Assembly (NCBI GenBank): GCA_965644295.1
Contig: CBFFRP010000238.1
Coordinates: 186,001 to 250,000, forward strand
Source: Paraphysomonas bandaiensis
Taxonomy: Eukaryota > Protista > Chrysophyceae
Reading direction: 5' to 3'
DNA length: 64,000 nucleotides
Below, one piece after another: positions 14,301 through 28,100 of this stretch. Numbering within the stretch: the stretch's first letter is position 1; each line of letters starts with the position of its first letter. The position numbers and the translations under genes are program-made. A model generated the notes under the pieces. That model saw nothing but the letters and a program-made list of their open reading frames with translations, ran no database searches and was not told the DNA's origin.

Positions 14301-15357
14301 CATCACCACTACTGTACCCTAACTTTTCCTGTTGACGTTTACTCGCTTCTGTCACTGCGTCTTGTTGTTCCACATCATTATATAAACGGGTATAACGGCT
14401 ACCAGGGCGATCTCCAGTTCGCATAGAATCTGACCTGGTTTCACTTACCAAATCCTCATCTCTAGGCCCCGGCTGCAATTTCTGTCCGGTACTCGATAGT
14501 CGAACCGGCGCTTCCCACTCTTCGATATCTACACCGATACCTCTTCGAGTTGGAACATTAACCCCGGCACTGCGGTAGTCTGGATGAGATAAGCAATTTC
14601 AATCTAATTAGTTTCCAATAGTAGAGCATATACCTACCTTTTCCCCTGTGTCGTTTATATTGTTGAGAATCATCGGGGTGATTTAATTCATCATCCAGAG
14701 GATGTTCGCGACTATGGATAGATTTCTCCGTATATTTAGGACCAACCACTTCACTTGGTATTGTATTGCTGCAATTACTCCTGTTTTGATTGCCTACCAA
14801 GAAGAGGTTTATGTCTACTATTAACACAATAATATTCATCTACCTGCTACTTTTCTTTTTTCATGAGATATATCTTTCAATCCTAGGTGTGATTTCTGGG
14901 TGCTATGGGCTTGAGAAGGAGCGCCACGCTTTTCTGTCCCACGAACTTGCAGTCCCCCTTTTCGAGATCCACTTGTGCTTGCTTCAGGATTAAGGGTCTC
15001 CATCTTTCCAGAAAATCCAAGAATACACTCTTCATCTTCCGCATCAACATTGTCACGATATTGAAGCATCAAATTTGCGTACTTTTGCTTCACATCATGA
15101 AACAACTCCATGAGGATGTCTTTAGAGATGTTACCATACTGCAGCGATTTCTCCTTAAATATATCCAATGAATCCGAATGAAGTGCCATACGAACAACTT
15201 TCCGGCCAAGTGTTCGATTATTTCCTTCCAAATTTAATGCACGGGCGCATTGGACGGCTGCTTTCTCAATCAATAAATTGTCATTTTGCACTGCCTCTGA
15301 TGCTTTCCTTGACAACATGTTATCTGATTCGGAATCGTTTGTCATTTCGCCACTCAT
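11369..15357 (-). CDS. PRP16: Pre-mRNA splicing DEAH-box helicase PRP16/DHX38, multi-exon
   Basis: GETGSGKTTQ (split by an intron), DEAH, SAT and [15 protein letters not shown]16-specific segments [38 protein letters not shown] and [10 protein letters not shown]. Confidence 0.95.
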
Positions 15358-15866
15358 ATCCTATTGAAATTGTGAAAGTGTGCCAGGGTACCAAGTTTTC
15401 TACTTACATTGATTATTAATTAATTAATTAATGTCATCCGAGTTGATTTGTTACTGTTGGCAGCCATGCATGTACAACTTTGGGATGTGTACATTTCGGT
15501 ATGTACAGGTACACTCGGTATACAGCTGTAGGTTTGGATCACTTTATATACATACACAGTAGTATTATAGGAAATGAAATTTCCCTAGGATTTTGACGCG
15601 TTCGCCTGAAATATGCAACCATTCGGCATTCACTTTCAATTTTTCTCGATTTTCATCTTTTGCATACAGAGGGTTTCAGGAGATTTTTGTGGAGATGTCA
15701 GGAAGTACCCATTCCATCGCATTTTCTTAATGTACGTCAATGCTATTATAGTGGAGTGAGGAGACTACGAGACCCGGAACAATACCTCCCACTTAAATTT
15801 TCGTATTATTATATGCTATATTCTGAAATCATTATGGTTCATCCCGAAGAGTAGTCTGTGAACAGA

Positions 15867-18457
15867 ATGAACGAATGCGGTGAAGCACATGATGATAGAA
15901 CAGTGGCTTCTGCGGTAGGAATCCAAGCTTATTTTTTATAAATTCACAACTTGTTAGGCTGTTTTAAGTTGCGCTGATCGAGTTGCGACTCTATGTGATG
16001 ACGGCGTAATCACATTTGATCAGAAAGAAGTATTGAAAGAGCAGCTCGCAGTGAACAACACCGAGGTAATGGAATGCTCAATGTATTTCATATCGACCTG
16101 ATAGTGTATTTCAAGGTTCTTCGTGAACTATGCGTATCATCAGATGATTCTGTTAGAAATTTAGCTGGAGATTTGTTATATCATCGAAATGTGTTTGATG
16201 CAATTGATGGTCAGCTATCTAGAGGACGTTCGATGTAATAATCTGAAATGCTGTCTAATTTCAGGTGGATCAAATCGTCATTTGGCATGTATTGAAGGCC
16301 CTGATAGTGTTGTTGCTTCGACAAAGAGTCCTTATAATGAGAGTGACGGAATGGTAACCCTAGAGGTATGAATCGTATGTTTTCGGTAATATGTTCATCA
16401 GTTGGTTTAGTCTGGTTACAATAGACCTTTGTCTTTTCGGCGCTTTTCGGTACTGGAGTATCAAAACTGTGAAGAAGTTTACACTCGTATGAATGACATC
16501 GACAGCGAGAGCAGCCCTTCTATATTGAGCAAGCGTCAGCAAGCACGCTTCACAGCTCTTCGTAGGGCCAACTCAGGGTTAACTTCCTCAGCTATGTGGA
16601 ATACCAAGCGATGCATCAGCACGTTACGATCACAGAGTAAACGAAAGTTAGAATCCCACATGTTAAGAAGAGTCAATGTGAGGAATTCAGCTCGCAAAGC
16701 GAGTCGATCTGTGGACGACGACTTAAGTGCCCGGAACAACCTGAATAAAATCCACAGGTCGCCTTCTGCCCCACCAGATATTGATCAATATGTTTCATTT
16801 CTGCATTTAAACCAATCACAGCCAACTGATAAAGGGAATGTACTACGTTCTTTTGACATGGATGTCGCACAAGATTGTCGTGGTGATACTTGGGCTGAGT
16901 CCAGTAGTTTAGTGAAAAATGATATAGAAAGTTTGGATGACTCTATGGTGGTATGTGATTTGTTACCATCGACCACTAGGAAAGACAACACCAATGAACC
17001 TGGAGTAATTTTCGATGATTGTTCACAATTAGATGATATACATGGAAGTGCAACTCTAAACAGTGCAACGCCTTTCCCTGCGTTATGGCAAATATTTTCC
17101 TATGGTGGATTCGAAAATCTTCGAAGCGATGATGTGAATGGCTTGTTGTATTTTTCCACAGATCGGGGTGCTTGTGACGATGTGGAATGCGCTGGAGAAC
17201 AATTCTCATATTGTGTAACAGATGCTTTGCATGAAAAACTTGTCCAGAAGTCACGCCATACAAAAACTAAATCCTATTCTGCTGTTGACACTTCGACGCA
17301 CGTATATTCTGCAGAAAATTCTTGTGACTTGGCGCCGCGCACTGAAAGTCACGGCGTTAAAGAGCTGATTTCTAGGTTTAATGGAAATATATTTGACTCG
17401 AAAGAGTCACAGAATGGGTCGTGCGGTGAAAATTGTGCGAATGAAATTGTAAAAGCCAGTGCTATGTCCACAGACCGCACGCACGTAGATCTCAGTGAAG
17501 CGAAAATTAGTCAGCGTAATAGTATGAAGAACCCGCTGCTGGATAATAACTATTCACATGAAAAAGTAGTATCAAGTTGTAAAAATTCTTTACTATCAAG
17601 ACCATTCGGAAATGTGGCCTCTGTTTCTGTCCAGCACACCCGCTCTAAGTTTTATATGAAAGATATTAAGCCACTTCGAAAGTCACTTCAGTCTAATATG
17701 TCGAAGTCATCTCCTCGTAAACGGTTACCAAAGTCATGTATGAGTGTACGTTTTGAAAAGGTTGAAATTAAGTTTTATCCTTACACCATTGGGCAAGGGG
17801 TTCCTTCAGATGGCGGACCATCCATCGGTTTGGACTGGGACAGTGGCTCCATTGAAGCGTTAGAATTCGATATTGATTTGTTTGAAAATTTTAGAGGGGG
17901 TATAATCCCTGAAGATATCACAGAAGATGAGGTATGTATTTACAACCGCTTAAATGAAAATTTGTATTTTTGAAATGATGCGCAGGAATGGGATGATAAC
18001 TGGAGGCTGCCCAGGTACTACGCAATGCGAAGTTTTTGATTGACTTGTTAAAACTTTTCTAGAGAATACTTTTTAGAAGGCGGGGGTCATATTGAGGTTG
18101 AGCAACGTATATTCCACTTGAGAGCTGCTGGGCATAGGCGGTGCTCAATTGACTTTTCAAGTTTTATATGTAGACAGGTAATATACACAATATAATTTGG
18201 GATGATAACGACGCAGTGGTACAGGAAATTGCCTCTAGGATGAAGAATGGAAGGTCACGAGCGGCGCGTATGCTTATAGAAGGAGTTGATCCTGATGAGG
18301 TCGAAACACTTCAGCGGGAGGTATACATGGAAATCACTTTGATATGTGAAAATTAACGTAATTCACTTAGTGGGAGGCCAGACAAATTCTTGCCCCGTAT
18401 ATTTTAAGCTGGTTTAAGCGGAAAAAAGCAGTGGATAGGTATACCAAGGATTCGTAA
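15867..18457 (+). CDS. Largely disordered protein with a CSRNP_N-like motif, multi-exon
   Basis: ATG 15867, several short GT-AG introns, large exon inside ORF 16429-17973 containing SVRFEKVEIKFYPYTIGQGVPSDGGPSIGLDW, last exon WEARQILAPY...DS* ending 18457. Confidence 0.65.
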
Positions 18458-19063
18458 ATCTGCTGCGTTTTCGTAATATTATCGGTTGCCATGCTGCGAA
18501 TTTTTTGGACATCAATTTTGAATTTCACCATTCGGTGTTTGTACGATATACCTCTCCTGTAAATAATAGTAATGAATCACGTTGTCGTTGCCATGACTGA
18601 CACGTATTACTTCGGTCATTGGCCACGGAAATATTGGCTGCGGTGAAGTTTCAGTCGACAACAATCACTCAATGCAGACCGATTTCGAGATGATATATAT
18701 ATGACGCTTTCTGACTTCAGGTAAACTCGTTCCGGGTGCAAACTTAGCTCTAGGCAGCCCAAAACTACTATTTTTCCTCAACGTGAGCCTACTGTGCCTC
18801 ATTGAATAGCTACACATTATTAATCAATAATTTACAATCTTAAGTAGAATCGAAATATGCAATTACTACTCATATATTTCATATTACTCTTTATTTAAGC
18901 TGTATGTGTAATTCAACCCAGTCGAATATGTTGAATTCTCTCATCATACTAATTCTGGTGTACCTACCTTGCCAAGATGAATAATCCAGTCATTAATGCA
19001 TCACTAATTAGTGTTCAACAATGACAACGTGTTTGGGGTTTATTGTATGGTATTCACCTCGTC

Positions 19064-19873
19064 AGAAATTGGGACATCAAATCATAATTGCAATTATAAT
19101 TGACGCAAGCTGGAGTCAATAAGTTGATATATAAATACCACCTTGTTATACTGATAAGTTGATAAAAACGGTATTCTTTATTCTTACGATTGATTGATGA
19201 AAGACTATATAGTAACATATATTCATAGGATAATCTCACAGAATATTTCATTTAAATAATTGGCGATATAGATATATAAACTAGTTTTTGTACACAACCG
19301 TTCTCATGTAATTTATCAGACTTTCCTATAAATAATTGGCGATATGAGCGATAAACTGGTACCTGAAGTCTGAAGTCAATGCACGAGTGTTCTTTGAGGA
19401 AATAAATGATAATAACGAAGAGGTTGCAATGATTTCAATGCATTTCGGTTTGATTGTTGATGGGCGGACGTGCAGCAAGGAACATTTTATCGATGATGAG
19501 GATGACGAAGATGATGACAGTGAGAGTCTAGTTCAGAATGACGGCGCAACGAAAACGAGCACCTCTTAATCAGCAAACTCGATCCACCGCATGAAGCACT
19601 TGCATGCCACAACCAATAGGGTTGAAAGATTGTTCAGTAGAGCCAAGAGATCGTTATGACTGATATGATGCACAAGAGTGTTACTTATGTTTTTACGCAT
19701 GAACCGTTGCCTCTGGAATGAAATGCCAGTTGAGGTAGCTATATTGGCAGCTAATGTAGTTTAGTACTAAATAAAATTGCAATAGTTTAAATTGAGACAA
19801 CAAGTATTAATTGCAATTATAATTGACTACAACCTGCGTCAATTAATTGGCAATTAATTGATACGCAGCCCTG
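19064..19873 (+). mobile_element. Internally deleted hAT element (left TIR tip missing)
   Basis: The start GAAATTGGGACATCAAATCATAATTGC is the reverse complement of the sequence near 62293-62320. Internal 19330-19760 matches 59750-59900 and 55640-55890 in reverse. Encodes HLHATTNRVERLFSRAK. Right TIR ends CAATTAATTGATACGCAGCCCTG. Confidence 0.8.
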
Positions 19874-20019
19874 ATGGTTACTGCTATCTATGACCTCATT
19901 GTTCTGTGTTTCTGTGTTTTTGTAAGAAGTTAAATGAATTCAAGTTATGACCGTCAATTTAGGAATACAGTAGTTGAAAACTGTAGCACATAACAACATG
20001 GATTTGGCTATTGAGCTAT

Positions 20020-20275
20020 CCGGGGTATTAGGCTGCCTGCTGAAGTCAAGCATCCGGGCTGTTAGCAGATGTCAGGCTTATCAACATTCTCTGCGTGCTC
20101 ACTGTGTTAGCTTTGAGTGATAGTGCCTTGGTGCTTGTGGTGCAGCGTTAAATAGTAGAACATATATATATAATATCAGAGTTATAAGCACTCTCGTTAG
20201 TTAAATTGTTTTGCTACATTAGTTCTGACTCTTACACGCCTACATTGCTAATAGTAAGACATTCACGACTAGAGG
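20020..20275 (+). repeat. Dispersed modular repeat family, modules B+C
   Basis: Module B CTGCTGAAGTCAAGCATCCGGGCTGTT and module C CCTTGGTGCTTG...GCGTTAAATAGTAG...ATATCAGAGTT...AAGACATTC recur at 36.1, 41.4-41.9, 45.8-46.05 and 49.4 kb. Confidence 0.8.
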
Positions 20276-20759
20276 TACAGTGCTATCTACTATATATACA
20301 GTACACAAACTCTATTTTACATATATAAGCAACCTTAAGACAAACGTGGGAAAAATGTTCAAATTTGGGACTTTTGATCGAAAGCTATGTTCTACGAGTA
20401 ATTTTAATGTTAATTTGTCCCGAAATGTTATTCGAGTAGTTTGCAAGAAGTTTTCATAATTATAGTATGATATTTTAATAAAATATATGATATATTCATT
20501 ATTTATAAGTAGTTACCGTGGGGCTAGTACGTTTTTCCATAACTTTTGGGGCTGAACCTACTGCACTCTAGTATCTTTTCATTCATAAGGTACAATTTCT
20601 ACTATATATAATTGGGTGTGAGTAAAACGTTAGATGACTGAACTTTGAACTTTTGCAGTAATCAATTATTAGGAAGTTGCAGTCAACATCTCTCACCATT
20701 CATTGATATTGTCTACTATATTATGTTCTCTCACAACTACATATATATCAATGTTATCA

Positions 20760-20954
20760 GCTAGTTGATTATTTGCAATGCTAAATTAGTTCTGACTTTC
20801 AAACGCCTACAGACATTCATTACTAATATAATAATAAGACTAAGTTTGTATCTAAGATCAAATCTTAGATACAAACTTAGACTTATTATATTAATAGTGA
20901 ATGTCTGTAGGCGTTGAAAAGTCAGAACTAATTTAGCATTGCAAATCAACTAGC
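20760..20954. repeat. Near-perfect ~195-bp palindrome (hairpin, 3-nt loop)
   Basis: Inner 19-bp perfect stem CTAAGTTTGTATCTAAGAT-caa-ATCTTAGATACAAACTTAG (20840-20880). The arms extend to GCTAGTTGA/TCAACTAGC with a few mismatches and two 3-nt bulges. Confidence 0.95.
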
Positions 20955-20984
20955 CTAGTTATTCGCTGTCCCAATGAATTGACA

Positions 20985-21148
20985 CTTGTAGTGAATAATG
21001 TCTGATTACTAGCAAAATAGGCGTGTAAGAATCAGAACTAATGTATAGCAAAACAATTTAACTAATTTAACTAGTGCTTAACTCTGATATCCTACTACTA
21101 TATAACGCTACTACGAAAGCTGCTTGTGCGTCACCGCAAGCACCAAGG
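20985..21148 (-). repeat. Dispersed repeat module C, inverted relative to 20128-20275
   Basis: GCTTGTGCGTCACCGCAAGCACCAAGG and GTGCTTAACTCTGATATCCTACT are reverse complements of module C (compare 45922-46000). Confidence 0.85.
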
Positions 21149-21149
21149 T

Positions 21150-21920
21150 AGGGGTCTGCTTAAAAGGAAGGGCCAGGGTTACGTAGATGGGAGGATAGTG
21201 TTCCGAGAGAGAGTGAGATGGTGCGAGGTAGAGGCATGAAATCTATAGAGTTTCGGGGCACCGCTGACTGCAATGTGTATAAGCTGGACGTACATAGAGC
21301 TTGTGGGGTCACCTACGTTGGGGTTTGCGTGTGTGTGGGCGTGAAACTTAAAAGTGTTGGAGGAGTAGGAGATGTGTTCATTCGCCCAGCTGTGATTCTC
21401 TGCTGAGGCACCATCAAGTCCGAAGTGGGGGGACTTATAGGCTGTGTGGTGATATAGTTGGAGGTCGAATTGTGGAGGGATCTGCTGACCTGAGGCGGGG
21501 TTGGGTATTGGCACTGATCGTCTTGTCACCCGCTGTTATATTATTTAAAGTCTTTTAACTTAGCAATAGGCGTTAAGAACCTGCACCAATGTAGTGGCTA
21601 GTTGAATGCTAGACATACTATTTAGACCTCGCTGTTGTATTCGCCGGATTCGCTACTTACTATACGTACGTGTTCTAGGAGGAGGTCTGGGTAGAACTCT
21701 CGATGGAGCAGCGTAGCGTTGACAGCGATCTTGGGGTATCTGCTTGGCCACTGGAAATATAGTGGTTGAATTATACTCACCGCTGCATTCTCAGGAAGTA
21801 GTCCACGCGAGGTCAGACTGCAGTATATTTGCGAGCCACAGACTGCGTCGAGTTGAGCTTGAGTTAGGGTGCCTGCCCAGAATCTTTCAAACTGGGGGTC
21901 CCATGCTTTTCTAGAAATTT
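21150..21920 (-). mobile_element. GC-richer coding-like retroelement fragment(s), possibly a non-LTR 3' end, with an ~80-bp segment (21545-21628) shared with 49509-49590
   Basis: An open minus frame KAWDPQFERFWAGTLTQAQLD...YNSEV* ends directly before the shared segment, which is near-identical in reverse complement to 49509-49590. The LINE assignment is inferred from context only. Confidence 0.35.
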
Positions 21921-22103
21921 AGTTAACTGGAACTATATTTAACTATAACTCTTGCAGGAAGTCATCATCCATCAATTTTTTTAATAACTCATTTTGCTGT
22001 GTGCTTAAATTGCAGCAACAACCTTGGGCAGTTATTAACAAGTCGAATGCAAGTTTAATGCAAAAATAAATCATTATTATCATCAATGAACCATACAAAG
22101 TTT

Positions 22104-25100
22104 CTATCTAACTGGACCGAATTTCTTTTCCATTGCTCTTAACTTGCGAGTAGCTTCTGCATGTGAGTACTTCAAATTCTCTATTTCTTCAAAGAAATCT
22201 AGGTCAAATGCACTCAATTCATGTTTGAGGCGGGAATTTTCCGTTGAAAGTTTGTTGATTTGATCTTTCAATTTCGCAACTTCACCAGCATTAGAGCCGC
22301 CTTCATGTGACAAAAAAACGACATTCATGAGAAGATACTTCACAATACAACACCAGCATCGCAAAACAACATACCTCCTAAAGCATCGGTCCTGCTAGAG
22401 TTCCTAGCAGCAACAATTTCTCTGCGAGCCTCCATCAATTGTGCTTTTAGAGTTTCAACTTCCAGCGCCTGCTGAGCGCTCTTACGCCGCAGCTCAGCTA
22501 CTTCCACTGTTGCATCACTTGTAGGTTTTTTCTCCCAAGCCCCACGACCTAGCGCACGAGACGCGACCTGAACACCAATACATCTTTACCAGCATATGCG
22601 TTTGCTTCAAATATTGGCACTACCTGCATCTCTAACTGTTGGATCTTTGCTGACGCATCAGTACAACTTTTCTTTAATAAGGCGTTCTCCTCCTCCAAAG
22701 TTCCTACTTTCGACAACTTCACAGCATACAATCATCATATAAAACCCCAAAGTAAATCGAATACAATGTTTACTACCTGTTCAGAAAGAGCATCGTCCTT
22801 CGACTTCAGTTGCTTTCGGAGGGATGCTACTTGTTGCTGCCGTTGTGCTAGCTTCTGCCCACCATCTTCCAATGTTTTGACCTTTTGCTGTAGAGAGCTC
22901 ACCTGCGTATATAAAATGGTCGTTTGAACACTGTCAAGCTTGAACAGGCAGAGTTTCATACCTCATCCTCCAACTTTTCTGTTTTTTTCCGCTCAGAAAG
23001 CAGTTTTTTCTCCGCGTCTGATGCCTTTCCCTCTCCAGTTCCAATTCCTCTTCTTAGCCGATCATTCTCCGCCTTCAGTCTATCCACTACTTTACGAAGG
23101 GACTCCACCACTGCTTCAGAATCACGGTCTTTGTTGAATCTGGAACCAGCGGGGCGGGGGGCGGAGGACATGTCCGGATCTGTGCCTCCACTGGAGTGCT
23201 TACAAATAGCCTCTAACTCTTTAACACGTCTCCTCAGACGAACGATTTCTCCTTCTTTCGACTCCACATCAAACCTTATCAGCAAGTATGCTAATGCACG
23301 GATCTAACTAACAGTGGTTTGAGATTACCTCAGCTCCAGAGCTTGACTGTCTCGTTCAAGAAGAGTTGCCTCCAGTTCCTGGCGGATTTTGCGAGCTGCT
23401 GTCAGTTCGTCTTTCAGCATCTCCTCGCGAAGATATCGGTCTTCAGAAGCACGAAGTGCTGTTGTGAAGGCACCTCCCTCTTTGGTTGCTAAAATACCGG
23501 TCATTGTTTTACCACATGCCATACTCCGATATGCACTGACCTGCGGCCATCTGCTTGCGCCGCGCCTCGCTGTCATCCAGTTCTCTTTCCAACTCGTTCA
23601 CTCTATTCGTTAATACATCCACTTGGTGTCGCATAGCCGATAACTGAACAGAAAATAAGCATGAACAATTACAAGCAAATAGCTGTACCTCATTCGGTAA
23701 CTGCACAATTGCCTTCCGTCGTAACGCATCGTTCTCGCTCTCAAGCTCAAACAGCTTGCCATGCAGCTATGACAAACAAAGCTTGAAATTCACAATACCA
23801 GCTCTGACACTGACGTTTACCTCCTCATTCTTAAGAATATCCCCCCCTTGTTGTCTAGAATTCTTAGCAGACTTAGTAGCTCTGTCAGCTCGATCTTTTT
23901 CTCTTTGCATGGCCGTTTGGTTCTGCAACGTGAGTTCTTTCTGCCGTCTTAACTGTGCCTGCGCGTCATCACACTCTTCAATTTTTTCCTGTAAGCGTTT
24001 CTCCAGAGTAGAAATCCTGATCGTAGAGCAAGTAAAAGACTTCACGTGTACTATGGCATGCATGTACCTCTTTTGGAGTCGCTTTTCTGCCTCCCACTTC
24101 GAATGAAGCTGCTGTCGCATCTCTTCTATTCCCCCAGGTGGTGTCCCAGATACAATTCTGCCAGAAGGTTGTCTTGGAGAACGGTCATGCTCTTCATATT
24201 CACTCTGTGAGCGGTCCACGACTGCTTTGGACACCTCTCCTCCCCCTCCCACCATTGCACGTCTACGTAAACCACGTCATATTCCACTATTCAACACAGA
24301 GTAGACACACCTGAGTGCGTTGTTTTCACTCCGGAGCAATTCTACCTCGCGTTGCAGACGCTCAGTGGCCTGTGCTTGCAGGTTCGTGGACACCTCCCTT
24401 TCACCTCCTTCACCCCGTCCTGTTAGATCCTTTACTTTCTCACGCAGGCGCACCTCGCGCTTTTTGGACTCCTCCAAGTCCCTATCACACAACAGAATCA
24501 GCACATCTAAATATTACGATATGTGATCGAACCTTCTACATCGGTGAAGTGCTTCTTGAGCTGCGCTTGCCTGGGCTTCTGCCCTTGCCATCTATAATAA
24601 CGTTGACCCTAATACCAGATGCATGAGCAACACGGACCTGGGACTCCAGTCTCTCATTCTCCTCCTGGGCTGTCTGTCTAGCCTTCAGCAATTTTTCTCT
24701 TCCTTTTCGTGCCGTGTCAAGGTCTTCTTTGGCCTGACGCAAACCGTCTCTCAGTGCAGACACCTGTGTATAAATGATACGTTATAAAATTTATAATAAG
24801 TTATAACTTGACCTGAGAGCGGAGTTGATCCATCTCGGCAGAGTCCATATCGTTCCTAGGAGCCGTCGCAGAAGATTTAGCCCCCATCTCGCTGAGAGCT
24901 CTTTCTTCCTCGCTCTTGATGAACTCTTCTTTGAGGTTCACAATGATCGACCTATACTGCTTCACCTGCATAGCAACGTGAATGGTTTAAATGGAAAAGT
25001 GAACAGCGAATACACCTTCTCATCTTTCATTGACACGGATTTTTGAAGCTCTAAATTTTTCCTCTTGAGCTCTCGGAGTTTAGCAAGTGGTAACACATCC

Positions 25101-28100
25101 GTATCAGGGGCTGCTACACCAGTAGAAACGCCGCCAGACACCTCAACATTTACTGCTTTATTATATTGCAACAGTTGATTGTATTTTTCGTCATTTTCCT
25201 TCAGCTGCTTAACGAGGGTGACCATATCGACTTTCATGGCCTCCATCTCTTCTAAAGCAGCACCACACCGATGCTCTGCTTTCTCCCGCTGATTATTAAG
25301 CAGTGCTACCTTCTGTTCCAGCTGGTTAATAGTCTTTATCTTTTCTTGTAGTATTTCATCTGCATGATCGATTTGGTCCATCAGCCTCTGCACTAGGGTT
25401 TTCTCAATGGCTTCGCTCTCATCGACACCTCTCCGTACACCGCTCTTGTAGCGGTCTTCTTCTTCTAGACGACGAAGTAGTTCCTCCGCACGTCTATCTG
25501 CTACAGACATTCCTCTTCGTCCCACAACTCCTCCTGTGATGGAGTTGCTCTGCAAGGCATCAATCTTGGATCGGTACCTGCGAAGCACCCAAACATTGAG
25601 CACGACATCGTGTGATAAACAGGCATATTGTGATAATAACAAGCGTAAGTGCATAAAAGGCGCTTTCTCTTACATGTCTTACCTCTCGATTTCCCTGTTC
25701 TTTTCTTCAAGGAGTGATCTCATGCTACCTATTGTGGCACTGGCTGCTTCCTGCAGCTTCTCCTGTTCCTCTCTCATCATCCGCCATTCTCTTCCGCGAG
25801 GTGCAGTACTGTGGATACATTAGCACTGTGTAGAACAATTACAACACGAACCACCTCTTCTGAATTCCACTGCCCATGGTTCCTTTAACAGTTGGAAGAC
25901 CTTCTGCCACGGCCATACGTTCGTAGTACGCTAGTTGCTCATCCCTTTCATCCAACAACGCCTGCAGTTCCAAAACTTTCCCGTGCATATTTTCCACTTG
26001 CCGCTTGTATCCATCCACATCCCTTTTATGAGATATTACATCTGATGTTGTTTGCTGTAGCTTATCCAGAAGCTCCTGTTTGGAAATTCCTCTTTCCGAA
26101 TCATCGATATCGACGTCCGTGTTCACTAATAATTTCTGTGGAGAGGTTTTCAGAGGCTTGTCATGAGGACTCCTATCAGGAGTCGTCACATCTTCTACAG
26201 TGGCAGCAGAATCCTTCAAAGTGGTTCCAACACTACCATTGTCTTCGTCATCGTACCCAAATAAATCATCGCGTAGCTGCAAAAAATCTTTTATCAATGG
26301 ATCTTCAGTGCCAAAACAACCGGCGCCAACAATTGCAGGCTAAAATTAACACACAGGTTACTAAACTTAAGCACTATATTATCTATAGCACCTGGGCGTC
26401 TAGCATCAGACGGTTCTCTTCCAAACTCCTCAAATCGTCTTCTACCCTCGCAAGCACGCCTTTTAGGTGTTTCTTGTCCTGCTGAAGAACTGACACTTCT
26501 CGCTTCTGTTGCAGGGAAGCTAATTTTAAAGCACGCACTTCTTCGCTAAGTCCAAGTACACGAGCAGCAATGGCCTTCGAATTGGCATGTATCTGCTTTT
26601 TCGAGGCTACCGCATTTCCTCCTGAACCCACACCCATGCCTCCGGCCTCAAGAACATCATTCATATCACGAATAGTTCGGCGGAGGATAGCGTTGTCTTC
26701 TTTTAGTCGCTCACACTCGCCTTCCAGACTCGTGCATTTCTTTTCCGCAGCTTCAGCGCGCTCGCCAGCATTCTCAGCCAGGGCTGACAGGCTCCCAATC
26801 TGCTGAGACATCCCACAAAGCTTTTCAGACAATGTAACTTGCCCGCGGGCTGTGTTCCCAACTCCTGTGACCCGTTGTAGCATGCTCTTTACAGTATGAT
26901 GGATGTTTTGTACTGAGCACGTACTCTTGGATACCACAGCACTGTCAGATACAGTGTTGCTTTTGCGAAATTCTGAATCTGAGCCTGCAATCATGCATTC
27001 ATATACGCTCTTGAGTGCTTTCTTTAGTGCAAGTATTTCTAGTCTATGACTCTCTTGTATTTTCAGTGCGGCTTCTTCTCTTTGGTCAAGTCGGTGCTCC
27101 AGGATACGTTGCGTGATCTCCCGCTGCCTCATGTTGCCCCGAAGAACTTGATACTTTCGAGTGAAAGCCTGAAATGGCATGACACACTTCACGTTAATAA
27201 AATGAACACGACCTTGTAAGCTGTTTTTGTAGCCATCAATTGCCGCTGCAGTCGTCCAATTATTAAGTCATCATCAGTTCTACTCTCTTGAACCACCGCG
27301 TGCTCTCTAAGCATCTTCAATTCGTCCTATGAAAGGCATTATTCACATCGACAAAGCAATGGTTACGGATAGCAATCCTTACACACCTGATATGTATCTC
27401 GGTAGTCACTCAGTGTTTGAGCTTGCATAGTGGCAATTTCGGCCATTTCCTTTAAATGGGTCACGGATGATTCCAGGTCAGCGATTTTTCTTTGATAAGC
27501 CAAGGACTCCAATTTCATTTTTTCAGCTTCTTCCCCTGTAAATAGTCAAGTACTGCGTGCAATGCTACCTACAGTATTCGTACCCGTTAAACCGCCTTCA
27601 TATTTCATCTTTATATCCATACACTCCTTTCGTGCAGTTCTTTCGGACGTCTCAGCGCTTTCGTTTCTCTCCTCGAGTTCTTTTATGCGACTCAGCGCAG
27701 CATCCACCTGGGCACTTGGTGTCACGAGTGCATCTTACAAATAACAAGGTTGCCATACCTCATTATTGCACTCTCGCAAACGCACTTCCAACAAATCGCA
27801 CCGATGGTTAGCAGAAACTAATTCAACTTCAAGACGACTGGCGTCCCCCCTGTACTTAGCCATCTCTGATACCAACGCTCCGATCTCTCTGTTGGACGAC
27901 GACTGTACTGGGCCTGACTTGTTCGCTATACCATCGGAGTTACATGATGACACTGCTCGCTGCGTAACATCCTTCTGGTTTTCCAGCTCTGCTTGAGCAT
28001 TGTGCCAACCCTGCTTTGCCATTACCAAATCTGCCTCAAGATTAACGACTTTTTCCTTTAATGACCGCACTATTGTCACAAGATATAAGGAATAAGGATC

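Noticed and set aside
19387-19569. Small acidic ORF
   Set aside because: It lies inside the decayed hAT element and is homologous to 55800-55890 and 59750-59850, so it is not a host gene.
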